Below, piece after piece: positions 18,029 to 25,064 of a stretch of DNA of 64,000 nucleotides. Source of the stretch: a virus. The notes beneath the pieces were generated by a model. The model saw only the letters and a list, made by a program, of their open reading frames with translations, was not told the origin of the DNA and did no database searches. Location: IMG/VR virus record IMGVR_UViG_3300042894_005670. One strand, given 5' to 3'. How positions within the stretch are numbered: position 1 is the first letter of the stretch; each line of letters opens with the position of its first letter. The position numbers and the translations under genes were made by a program.

Positions 18029-18102
18029 TGGTACCTCCGACAAGAATTGAACTTGTAATGGTCGATTATCAATCGACTGTTATACCATTTAACTACAGAG
18101 GT
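18029..18102 (-). tRNA. tRNA-Ile(GAT)
   Basis: GTCGA-TTGATAA-TCGAC arm, CCA. Confidence 0.9.
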
Positions 18103-18124
18103 TTTAAATATATTCACCATTTAA

Positions 18125-18158
18125 TTGTTCATGAGAGATTTGAACTCACGACCTACAC
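18125..18158 (-). pseudogene. tRNA 3'-half remnant
   Basis: AGGTC-GTGAG-TTCAAAT-CTCTC with no 5' half or CCA. Confidence 0.45.
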
Positions 18159-18166
18159 TTTAAATT

Positions 18167-18242
18167 TGGTGCTTGGGGACAGACTCGAACTGTCATCGTC
18201 CTCCGTGTAAAGGAGACGTATTACCTCTCTACGCACCCAAGC
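18167..18242 (-). tRNA. tRNA-Val(TAC)
   Basis: Loop TTTACAC, CCA. Confidence 0.9.
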
Positions 18243-18314
18243 CTTTATAGTCTCTCAAATCTAACCACCCTATAAACATTATATATCAACAATTGTATTA
18301 CACTAAATATTTTA

Positions 18315-18932
18315 ATGAATCCTTATGAAATACTTGGTGTGGAAACAACTGCAACAACTGAAGATATTAAAGCAAAATATAAACAACTTGCAAACATACA
18401 TCACCCTGATAAAGGTGGTGATGAAGAAACATTTAAAACTATAAATTTAGCTTATACAATATTGTCTGATCCTATTAAACGTCAAAATTTTGACAATCAA
18501 GGTATATTTTTTACTGATCTTTCTATGTACAGTGAAGCAAAAGATGTAATTCTAAAACTTTTCAATGAAAAAATTCATTCTCATGATCCTGACCATCAAG
18601 ACTTAATAATGTTAATGAGAGTAGAACTTGTTAATAAAAAACGAACTTTAGAAAATCAGCTAGAGCAATGTAACAATATAATTAAAAAAATGAATAAGGT
18701 TAAGAATAAGTTAAGACTAAAGAAAAAGACTGAAAATATAATTGAAGATTTTGTTGATAGTGGTTTAAAAAACTGTAAACACGATTTAATCGTATTTGCT
18801 CGTGGTATACAAATTTATGACTATGTATTAGTCATACTTGACAACTATCATTACAGTGACTTTGATTGGGCAGAAATGCTTAGCGATCAACATGATATGG
18901 TAGGGGCAGAGGGGTTCGAACCCACGACCTAA
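18315..18932 (+). CDS. J-domain (DnaJ-like) protein
   Basis: MNPYEILGV...HHPDKGGD...AY.ILSDP. Confidence 0.9.
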   Translation: MNPYEILGVETTATTEDIKAKYKQLANIHHPDKGGDEETFKTINLAYTILSDPIKRQNFDNQGIFFTDLSMYSEAKDVILKLFNEKIHSHDPDHQDLIMLMRVELVNKKRTLENQLEQCNNIIKKMNKVKNKLRLKKKTENIIEDFVDSGLKNCKHDLIVFARGIQIYDYVLVILDNYHYSDFDWAEMLSDQHDMVGAEGFEPTT

Positions 18933-18973
18933 TGGTTAAAAGCCATTTGCTCTACCTACTGAGCTATACCCCC
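18898..18973 (-). tRNA. tRNA-Lys(TTT)
   Basis: Loop CTTTTAA, CCA; antisense to the end of the J-domain gene. Confidence 0.93.
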
Positions 18974-18991
18974 ATTATCTTTCGCACCTTG

Positions 18992-19414
18992 TCACTGTCC
19001 ATGAGGACTCTCCTTTAAAAAACTTGTGTCAAATGTATCAGGGTCATCAACAAGTTGATTAGCATCAACTTCAACCCACTTACCATCAATTTTTACTTCT
19101 ATCTTTACTTTCTTTAACTCACGCTCTAAAGCACGTTCAGCTTCAATATATTCACCTGTACGTTTCATATACTCTAAATGAACCCACTTTTTAAACTTAT
19201 CAGTATTTGCCATTTTTTCAAAAGCAGTTTTACGATTATCTAACTGACTGCGACTTGACTCACTATAACCATGTGCACCACTTGGTCGATGAGTACAATG
19301 TACTGCTGAACTAGTTTTATTACGTTTTTGTCCACCTGCTCCTGTACCTTTGGTATACGACCAATCACAATCTTTGGCGGTAATACTAAAAAACGGATCT
19401 TTTGTTTGTTTCAT
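18992..19414 (-). CDS. Peptide release factor-like (RF-1/ArfB-type GGQ domain) protein
   Basis: GTGAGGQKRNKTSSAV...H.PSG....ESSRSQLDNRK.A; true start MKQTKD (track ORF extends over tRNAs). Confidence 0.88.
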   Translation of the reverse strand: MKQTKDPFFSITAKDCDWSYTKGTGAGGQKRNKTSSAVHCTHRPSGAHGYSESSRSQLDNRKTAFEKMANTDKFKKWVHLEYMKRTGEYIEAERALERELKKVKIEVKIDGKWVEVDANQLVDDPDTFDTSFLKESPHGQ

Positions 19415-19431
19415 ACTTTGTCCTATATTGT

Positions 19432-19506
19432 TGGCGGTCCCAATGGGAATTGAACCCATCTCTGAGCAGTGACAGTGCTCTATCCTAACCAATAGACGAT
19501 GGAACC
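19432..19506 (-). tRNA. tRNA-Asp(GTC)
   Basis: GAGCA-CTGTCAC-TGCTC arm, G73, CCA. Confidence 0.93.
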
Positions 19507-19512
19507 AAAATT

Positions 19513-19588
19513 TGGGGTGACTGATGAGAGTCGAACTCACACTGTACAGAATCACAATCTGCGGCACTACCATTATGCTACAGTCACC
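19513..19588 (-). tRNA. tRNA-His(GTG)
   Basis: Loop TTGTGAT, G-1:C73, CCA. Confidence 0.93.
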
Positions 19589-19590
19589 AT

Positions 19591-19665
19591 TGGTGGTAAT
19601 GATAGGAGTCGAACCTATACAACGCAGCGTATGAAGCTGTTGCACTACCATTATGCTACATTACC
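19591..19665 (-). tRNA. tRNA-Met(CAT), elongator-type (Met or Ile2 uncertain)
   Basis: Loop TTCATAC, paired acceptor stem, CCA. Confidence 0.82.
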
Positions 19666-19692
19666 TAAATATATTTGTAAAGGAATAACATT

Positions 19693-20157
19693 ATGCAATT
19701 ATCTAAAAACTTTTCCTTGACTGAATTATACAAAAGTACAACTGCTATTAGAAATAATATCAATAATGAACCTACATCTGACATTATAGCAAATCTTGAG
19801 CTATTATGTGTCAACGTTTTACAACCAATTAGAGATTTTTTTAAATATCCTGTAAAAATCAACAGCGGATATCGCTGCGTAAAATTAAATCAACTAGTTG
19901 GTGGTAAGCCTAATAGTGAACATAGTTTAGGAATGGCAGCAGATATTGAGATTAACGGTGTATCAAATTATGATTTAGCATTGTATATTAAAGATAACTT
20001 ACAATATACACAGTTAATACTAGAATTTTATACAATGGGCGATCCAAATAGTGGATGGGTTCATGTAAGTTATAATGTAAATGATTTAAAAAAAGAAAAT
20101 TATACTGCAGTAAACTCAAGTGGTAAGGTTTATTACTTACGTGGCTTAAACCCTTAG
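19693..20157 (+). CDS. Peptidase M15A family (endolysin-like)
   Basis: LSKNFSL.E, INSGYRC..LN..VGG...S.H..G.AADI, WVHVSY. Confidence 0.9.
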   Translation: MQLSKNFSLTELYKSTTAIRNNINNEPTSDIIANLELLCVNVLQPIRDFFKYPVKINSGYRCVKLNQLVGGKPNSEHSLGMAADIEINGVSNYDLALYIKDNLQYTQLILEFYTMGDPNSGWVHVSYNVNDLKKENYTAVNSSGKVYYLRGLNP

Positions 20158-20750
20158 ACAGTCAAACTAACATTAAAAGTAAAACTATTACGTTTGCCTT
20201 TAAAGTAAGGCACTCTATGTGGTAAAGCTGATGAGAATATTACAAGTCTGCCACCTTGTTTTTCAAAATTATAATTTGCGTTTTGTGTTAATAAGGGACT
20301 TGAAGTACTACCGTAAAATGGACTTAATTGAATAACACTACCGTCTTTTTCATTATAATTCCCATCATAATAATACACACCTGACAACACATTTTTTCCA
20401 ACTCCGTTATGACTTGATGTATGAATATGCCAATCTTGCATACCACCTTTAACAAAACTATTAAACCAAGATTCTGAAACATATACAGGATTTTGAAAGT
20501 TTAAATAATTTAAAAAAGAACTAATATGCTCAGTTAAAAAATTCTGCAAATGTTGTAAATTTAATTCAAGTGCAATGTTTCTGCATTGTACAAAAGTTGT
20601 AGTAACTAAATCTCCCCATGTGTGCGTATTACTTAGTTTTTTTATAATTTTTTGATGATTTTGGATTTCTGATTTTATAGTATTAAAAGTATTCTCATCA
20701 GCATCATGAATATAAACAGGTATTGGTAGAATATGTTCTATAGAAGCCAT
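20154..20750 (-). CDS. Putative 2OG-Fe(II) oxygenase
   Basis: SWFN...WHIH...LSGVYY...IFSS.LPHRV....R.SFTFN; start MASIEH. Confidence 0.8.
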   Translation of the reverse strand: MASIEHILPIPVYIHDADENTFNTIKSEIQNHQKIIKKLSNTHTWGDLVTTTFVQCRNIALELNLQHLQNFLTEHISSFLNYLNFQNPVYVSESWFNSFVKGGMQDWHIHTSSHNGVGKNVLSGVYYYDGNYNEKDGSVIQLSPFYGSTSSPLLTQNANYNFEKQGGRLVIFSSALPHRVPYFKGKRNSFTFNVSLTV

Positions 20751-20762
20751 AATTATTTGATA

Positions 20763-20836
20763 TGGAGCGGGTAGCGAGAATCGAACTCGCAAATTTTCCT
20801 TGGCAAGGAAACAGGTTACCTTTACATCATACCCGC
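20763..20836 (-). tRNA. tRNA-Gly(GCC)
   Basis: TTTCC-TTGCCAA-GGAAA arm, U73, CCA. Confidence 0.9.
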
Positions 20837-20895
20837 ATTGTCAACTTATTTATAAACCGTATTCAGTTAATTAATAAATCTTGTTACAATTTGAT

Positions 20896-21219
20896 TTATT
20901 GCTCTCCATGCGGTTTACGCTTCCTATAATGGTCTTCTAAAATTTCAATGGTGGATCTATTCATGTAACGCACACGATCCATTCTATTTTCACTTGGTGT
21001 ACCCCAATATAAATGTTTTGGATTACTACATTTACCATTGTTACATGCATGACATACTAATATCATATGACCATTTGGTATAGTAGTTTCTAGTAAATGA
21101 GCTAATAACCCTTTACAGTAGGTGCTTCCGCCTCCACGTTCAAGACAATAATCATCTAAATCAAGATGTTCTTGGCGTATTTTTTTGGGTAACTTTATAT
21201 AATCATATATATTTTTCAC
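20896..21219 (-). CDS. His-Me finger (HNH / zinc-loop) endonuclease-like protein
   Basis: VCHACNNGKCSNPKHLYWGTPSEN; GTG start after TATAAATA. Confidence 0.75.
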   Translation of the reverse strand: MKNIYDYIKLPKKIRQEHLDLDDYCLERGGGSTYCKGLLAHLLETTIPNGHMILVCHACNNGKCSNPKHLYWGTPSENRMDRVRYMNRSTIEILEDHYRKRKPHGEQ

Positions 21220-21256
21220 TATAATATTTATAGTGGCGATTTGGATAAATAAAATT

Positions 21257-21817
21257 ATGAAATACAATGAAATCATCCAAGAAGCACGTTTATCAGACTT
21301 TCCTTATACAGATGAACCTGATAAAACTACCGTTCAATTACGTAGTCATCAAAGCCAAATTTACACTAATTTAGCTAAGAAGGTTAAACGTATTAATGAG
21401 CTTAAAGTTGAATTAAAAGAACTTGAGGATGAGGTTAAAAAATCTACACGTGAGAATGTTGCCGATCTTTTTGCTGTTGAAGATGCGGTAAAAACTCGTG
21501 TTATTGATACTATATCATTTATAGTAACATTATCAAAAGATCCTAAAGTGACAGTTGCGCCAAAATATAAGGATATTTTAGAAGTATTGGAAAAACAACT
21601 AACTCCTGAACTAATTTCTGTATTAGAGGGTTTAAAGAAGACTATGGTAACTGTAACACAAAAAGCACCCTCACTGAAAATTGAACCGAAAGACAAGTCA
21701 CAACTTAGTGAGGGTAAAATATCCAACTACATTGATAAACTAAAAAGTTGGGTTAGCAGTTGGGGCGCAAAATACGATGCTAAACTTGATCAATTAAAAA
21801 GTATGGCAGGTATGTAA
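21257..21817 (+). CDS. Hypothetical coiled-coil protein, probable head protein
   Basis: MKYNEIIQEA start after GATAAATA. Confidence 0.6.
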   Translation: MKYNEIIQEARLSDFPYTDEPDKTTVQLRSHQSQIYTNLAKKVKRINELKVELKELEDEVKKSTRENVADLFAVEDAVKTRVIDTISFIVTLSKDPKVTVAPKYKDILEVLEKQLTPELISVLEGLKKTMVTVTQKAPSLKIEPKDKSQLSEGKISNYIDKLKSWVSSWGAKYDAKLDQLKSMAGM

Positions 21818-21848
21818 TGCCCACTGCATATTACTGAGGGTTTACTAC

Positions 21849-22028
21849 TTAAAATTTTTCTATGGGACACTTTTTGGTAAGGTCTTCATAGACAGATTTA
21901 GCATAATTCATTGGGCTTAGTTGCTTACAAAAAGTAGCACTATAGTGTTCACATTGCTTACAAACATTCCAACGTTCTTGTACCTCTTTTGACATTATAA
22001 AATCTAAAGCTTGATTATGAGTTGACAT
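21849..22028 (-). CDS. Small Cys-rich protein (59 aa, not in track)
   Basis: ..ERWNVCKQCEH....C....CPIEKF; AGGAG SD. Confidence 0.65.
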   Translation of the reverse strand: MSTHNQALDFIMSKEVQERWNVCKQCEHYSATFCKQLSPMNYAKSVYEDLTKKCPIEKF

Positions 22029-22074
22029 AAAAATCTCCTAACTAAAAAAAATATTTATATCATATTTATCAAAA

Positions 22075-22156
22075 TGGTGCCCATGGAGGGATTCGAACCC
22101 CCACGCTAGGCACTTGCTCCTAAGGCAAGCGTGTCTACCAATTTCACCACATGGGC
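22075..22156 (-). tRNA. tRNA-Leu(TAG)
   Basis: CTTGC-CTTAGGA-GCAAG arm, CCA. Confidence 0.93.
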
Positions 22157-22170
22157 TTTAACTTTTTTGT

Positions 22171-22818
22171 TTAAATTTTCCTACCTCTGTTCCAACCTTT
22201 AGGAATAGATTCATTTTTACATATCTTTTTGTTAACTTCGCCATTTGTAATCCACATTGTATTGTACTGAGAATTTTTTTCTCCTATCTGATTAATTGAA
22301 TTTTTTTCACCGATTATTTTTTTAGTTTGTTCAGAATGTTTTTTACCATAAAATGTACCTAGAGGATTTTTTTCATGCGATATTTTACTAGCATTTAGTG
22401 CATTATTTTTTATTTTCTGAGCAAAATTACTATCAGTATGTAATTTTTCAATATATCTTTTTAAAGTTGTTTCTATTGGCATCAATGAATTTAATCGTTT
22501 TTCTGTAAGAAAGATATTAGGATTTTCATTAATATAATCAAAACCACCATAACCACCTTTTCTTAAATTATAGGTATTTTCATTAATTAAAAAATCTTCA
22601 TTTACAATTTCTGATTCTTTTTTATACATAAGTTCAGGTGTATCAAAAATATGCAAAATTTCTTTTTCAAAATTTTCTAAGCCATACTTTACAATAGCAT
22701 ATTTTAGATACTTACCTGATCCCATATAACCGTCATTAAGATTTTTGGTTTTATGTGAACCAATATAAATTTTACCATTCATCTTATTTGTTATCTTGTA
22801 TATAATATAATAAGTCAT
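22171..22818 (-). CDS. Free-standing GIY-YIG (Seg-like) homing endonuclease with NUMOD3
   Basis: IIYKITN..NGKIYIGSH...DGYMGSG, YNL..GG.GG, FYGKKHSEQTK, WITNG. Confidence 0.9.
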   Translation of the reverse strand: MTYYIIYKITNKMNGKIYIGSHKTKNLNDGYMGSGKYLKYAIVKYGLENFEKEILHIFDTPELMYKKESEIVNEDFLINENTYNLRKGGYGGFDYINENPNIFLTEKRLNSLMPIETTLKRYIEKLHTDSNFAQKIKNNALNASKISHEKNPLGTFYGKKHSEQTKKIIGEKNSINQIGEKNSQYNTMWITNGEVNKKICKNESIPKGWNRGRKI

Positions 22819-22860
22819 ACATATATTTATACAAGTTCAAGCCCTGACACTGCTTTTGTG

Positions 22861-23132
22861 CTCCAATGCGTGGGATCGAACCACGGACCAATTGATTACA
22901 AGTTTGTGTAACTTTCGTTACTCCTTGGACTATACCATAACCTTAGTATTACAACGTTAGGTTCTCACCGTCTAGTCTCTACACCTTCAAGAATATCTCT
23001 ATTCAAGCTTGGCTCGGTATTGCCTTATGCAATGCACTTAGGTTTCACCGAATTTGATGAGTTTTTCAATTAATGTTTCCACTAAAAGCTGCCTTTTGAC
23101 AGTCAACTGCTCTACCTCTGAGCTACATTGGA
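22861..23132 (-). tRNA. tRNA-Asn(GTT) interrupted by a group I intron
   Basis: Exon 1 23132-23099 ends GTTGACTGT; exon 2 22898-22861 starts TAATCAAT; spliced loop CTGTTAA; G73; no encoded CCA. Confidence 0.9.
22899..23098 (-). mobile_element. Group I intron (IC3-like, 200 nt, no ORF)
   Basis: P1 CUGUC/GGCAG with U.G at the 5' splice site; core AAAUUCGGUGAAA, AAUACCGAGCCAAG, GUAGAGACUAGACG, GUAUAGUCC; terminal G. Confidence 0.9.
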
Positions 23133-23173
23133 ATATAATTATTTATAAACTATTCAGATTGTAAAAATAATTA

Positions 23174-23266
23174 TGGTGGAGAGTGTGGGATTCGAACCCA
23201 CGAAGCAGCTTTTGACCACTTGCCTTCTTAGCAGGAAGGTACCTTCAGCCTCTCGGTCAACTCTCC
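23174..23266 (-). tRNA. tRNA-Ser(GCT)
   Basis: Loop CTGCTAA, long variable arm, CCA. Confidence 0.93.
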
Positions 23267-23279
23267 ATAATTTTTTAAT

Positions 23280-23356
23280 TGGCCTGACCGAGAGGATTTG
23301 AACCTCCGACCCACAGCTTAGAAGGCTGTTGTTCTATCCAACTGAACTACGGTCAG
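23280..23356 (-). tRNA. tRNA-Arg(TCT)
   Basis: ACAGC-CTTCTAA-GCTGT arm, CCA. Confidence 0.93.
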
Positions 23357-23362
23357 CTTTAT

Positions 23363-23497
23363 TTAAGCAAAAACAAAGGCATAAACAAATATTGCTAGGA
23401 ATATTAATAATGATACCCACCAATATGTTAACGCACCTACTGCTATAAGTAATGCTAACCAACCACCATGATATAAATGTAATTGCCACATTGTCAT
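23363..23497 (-). CDS. Small hydrophobic membrane peptide (44 aa, not in track)
   Basis: MTMWQLHLYHGGWLALLIAVGALTYWWVSLLIFLAIFVYAFVFA, directly after TATAAATA. Confidence 0.55.
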   Translation of the reverse strand: MTMWQLHLYHGGWLALLIAVGALTYWWVSLLIFLAIFVYAFVFA

Positions 23498-23510
23498 AAC
23501 AGTATTTATA

Positions 23511-23600
23511 TGGTGGAAGCGGTGAGATTCGAACTCACGGACCCATTGCTGAATCGCTAGTTTTCAAGACTAGATCCTTAAACCACTCGGACACACTTCC
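23511..23600 (-). tRNA. tRNA-Ser(TGA)
   Basis: CTAGT-CTTGAAA-ACTAG arm, long variable arm, CCA. Confidence 0.93.
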
Positions 23601-23601
23601 G

Positions 23602-24096
23602 TTATTTTATTTTTGGAACGATTTCACGATCCCAATAGCTTTTCTTGCCTATTCTAGAAGAAACAGCTTTGTCTACACCGACTATTGATTTCCATTTTTC
23701 GGATCGTGCTTTACTTTGTTCAACATCAAACCCACTATAGTCATCCCCGACCCATTCCCACTTATGATGCCATATCCAAGGGTCAGCTAATGGTTTAGTA
23801 ATTTTTACATTACCATCTCTAGTAACTTTAATAGATGTACCTACTGTAGGTTCATCTGCTGTATCAAAGTCAGGTGATGAAATAAATGCGATTGAACCAT
23901 CTTTTAAATCATAACGTACTACTGTATAATCAAAATCAGGTGGTAATTTAGAAACAGCTAACTTATACCATGACAACGGTATTTCACGTTTGAGTAATGG
24001 TGAATCAACATAGTCTTTGTGAACATAGATTTGTCCACCAATAACTTTACCAATTTTACGATTGGTTGATTCTGTTAATAATTCTTTAATTAGCAT
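23602..24096 (-). CDS. Hypothetical protein, probable head-packaged
   Basis: Start MLIKELLTES after AATAAATA; GK..GG.IYVHK...SPDFDTADEP...PWIWHHK. Confidence 0.65.
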   Translation of the reverse strand: MLIKELLTESTNRKIGKVIGGQIYVHKDYVDSPLLKREIPLSWYKLAVSKLPPDFDYTVVRYDLKDGSIAFISSPDFDTADEPTVGTSIKVTRDGNVKITKPLADPWIWHHKWEWVGDDYSGFDVEQSKARSEKWKSIVGVDKAVSSRIGKKSYWDREIVPKIK

Positions 24097-24118
24097 GTTG
24101 TATTTATTCAAACAAAAA

Positions 24119-24192
24119 TGGCACCGACAGAGGGATTCGAACCCCCACAAACAGTTTTGGAGACTGCTATGCTGCCATTACACCATGTCGGC
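24119..24192 (-). tRNA. tRNA-Trp(CCA)
   Basis: Loop CTCCAAA, G73, CCA. Confidence 0.9.
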
Positions 24193-24199
24193 ATATATT

Positions 24200-24275
24200 T
24201 GGAGTAAGCGACAGGAGTTGAACCTGCATAAAACGGGGTTGCAATCCGTTCCCTAGCCATTCGGGTCACGCTTAC
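24200..24275 (-). tRNA. tRNA-Cys(GCA)
   Basis: Loop TTGCAAC, U73, CCA. Confidence 0.9.
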
Positions 24276-24281
24276 ATATAA

Positions 24282-24397
24282 AACAGGATGCATTATCGTT
24301 GCTCTACCATTAAGCTACATATCTTTTACAAGACATGGTAGGATTCGAACCTACAACAGACGGCTCCCGAAGCATCATAACTTGCTGTTAGCATCCT
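24282..24397 (-). ncRNA. YrlA-like RNA: circularly permuted tRNA mimic on a stem/ACAGCAA-bulge base (copy C)
   Basis: AGGAUGC-UAACAGCAA...T-arm GUAGG-UUCGAAU-CCUAC, acceptor CAUGUCUU-GUAA-AAGAUAUG, UA, D-arm GCUU-AAUGGUA-GAGC...GCAUCCU-GU. Confidence 0.85.
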
Positions 24398-24402
24398 AAA
24401 CT

Positions 24403-24480
24403 TGGCACCCCCTGTAGGATTCAAACCCACGACCTTACCGTTCGTAGCGGTACGCTCTAAGTTCACTGAGCTAAGGGGAT
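24403..24480 (-). tRNA. tRNA-Arg(ACG)
   Basis: TACCG-CTACGAA-CGGTA arm, CCA. Confidence 0.9.
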
Positions 24481-24488
24481 ATATTTTT

Positions 24489-24650
24489 ACATTCTTAAAA
24501 CAACTGTATCCAATTATCTTAAGAATGTAGTGGGGCCATCCCCCACTTGCTCATCTTACTCCTGTGTTATCGCCACAGTTTCATACCGAGACTCCGACCG
24601 TTCGTGGCATGTTTATCGTGCACCACTGAGACCTCGTTTCTCACACACGT
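24489..24650 (-). ncRNA. Candidate structured ncRNA of unknown class
   Basis: GC-richer, hairpin-dense: UGAGA/UCUCA, GUGGUG/UGCCAC, CUGUG/CACAG, AGUGGGG/CCCCACU and an 18-bp AU-rich hairpin. Confidence 0.6.
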
Positions 24651-24685
24651 AAAACAAAAAACCCTAGGGGTTTATTCCTAGGGTT
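24651..24685 (-). terminator. Attenuator terminator
   Basis: AACCCTAGG-AATAAACC-CCTAGGGTT-TTTTGTTTT. Confidence 0.9.
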
Positions 24686-24725
24686 CAGTGTAATCTTATG
24701 TACTATCTATGATTAGCCTGAACCC
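24681..24725 (-). promoter_or_regulatory. Antiterminator hairpin
   Basis: GGGTTCAG (24725-24718) pairs with CTGAACCC (24688-24681), which overlaps the terminator 5' arm; inner TAATC/GATTA helix. Confidence 0.8.
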
Positions 24726-24829
24726 CTGCCCCCAATATCCTCAAAATTATATGAGCGAGCATGGGGGATTGCACACCAACTTGGTTGTGTACCCTTTGCT
24801 AAACTCATCGTGTTTCTGAGACTTTTCAT
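24713..24829 (-). CDS. Leader peptide, 38 aa (not in track)
   Basis: MKSLRNTMSLAKGTQPSWCAIPHARSYNFEDIGGRGSG*; ATG lies 7 nt after the -10 box; stop codon inside the antiterminator. Confidence 0.75.
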   Translation of the reverse strand: MKSLRNTMSLAKGTQPSWCAIPHARSYNFEDIGGRGSG

Positions 24830-24836
24830 GTTTGTA

Positions 24837-24865
24837 ACTTTACCTTATAAAATTTACTTTGTCAA
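24837..24865 (-). promoter_or_regulatory. sigma70-type promoter of the leader/tRNA array
   Basis: TTGACA-N17-TAAAGT. Confidence 0.8.
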
Positions 24866-24944
24866 CTACTTTTGTATCTTAATGTAAGGTTATTTATACA
24901 TTGTTGTAAAAACCATACAAAAAAGCCATATTTTTTGCATATTT

Positions 24945-25023
<79 letters not shown>

Positions 25024-25064
25024 ATCATGTTTCGTACGATAGCAGACAATTATTTAGCTGTCAA

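Noticed and set aside
22825-22861. Possible HDV-like (theta) ribozyme after the CCA-less tRNA-Asn
   Set aside because: Only a short GCAC/GTGT hairpin is visible; I could not build the nested double pseudoknot.
24282-24397. Ordinary or pseudo-tRNA
   Set aside because: The arm order is permuted and the acceptor is closed by a tetraloop with intact pairing, which decay would not produce.
24651-24865. T-box riboswitch as an explanation of the terminator/antiterminator
   Set aside because: No UGGNACC T-box bulge or stem I motifs; the antiterminator overlaps an ORF end instead.
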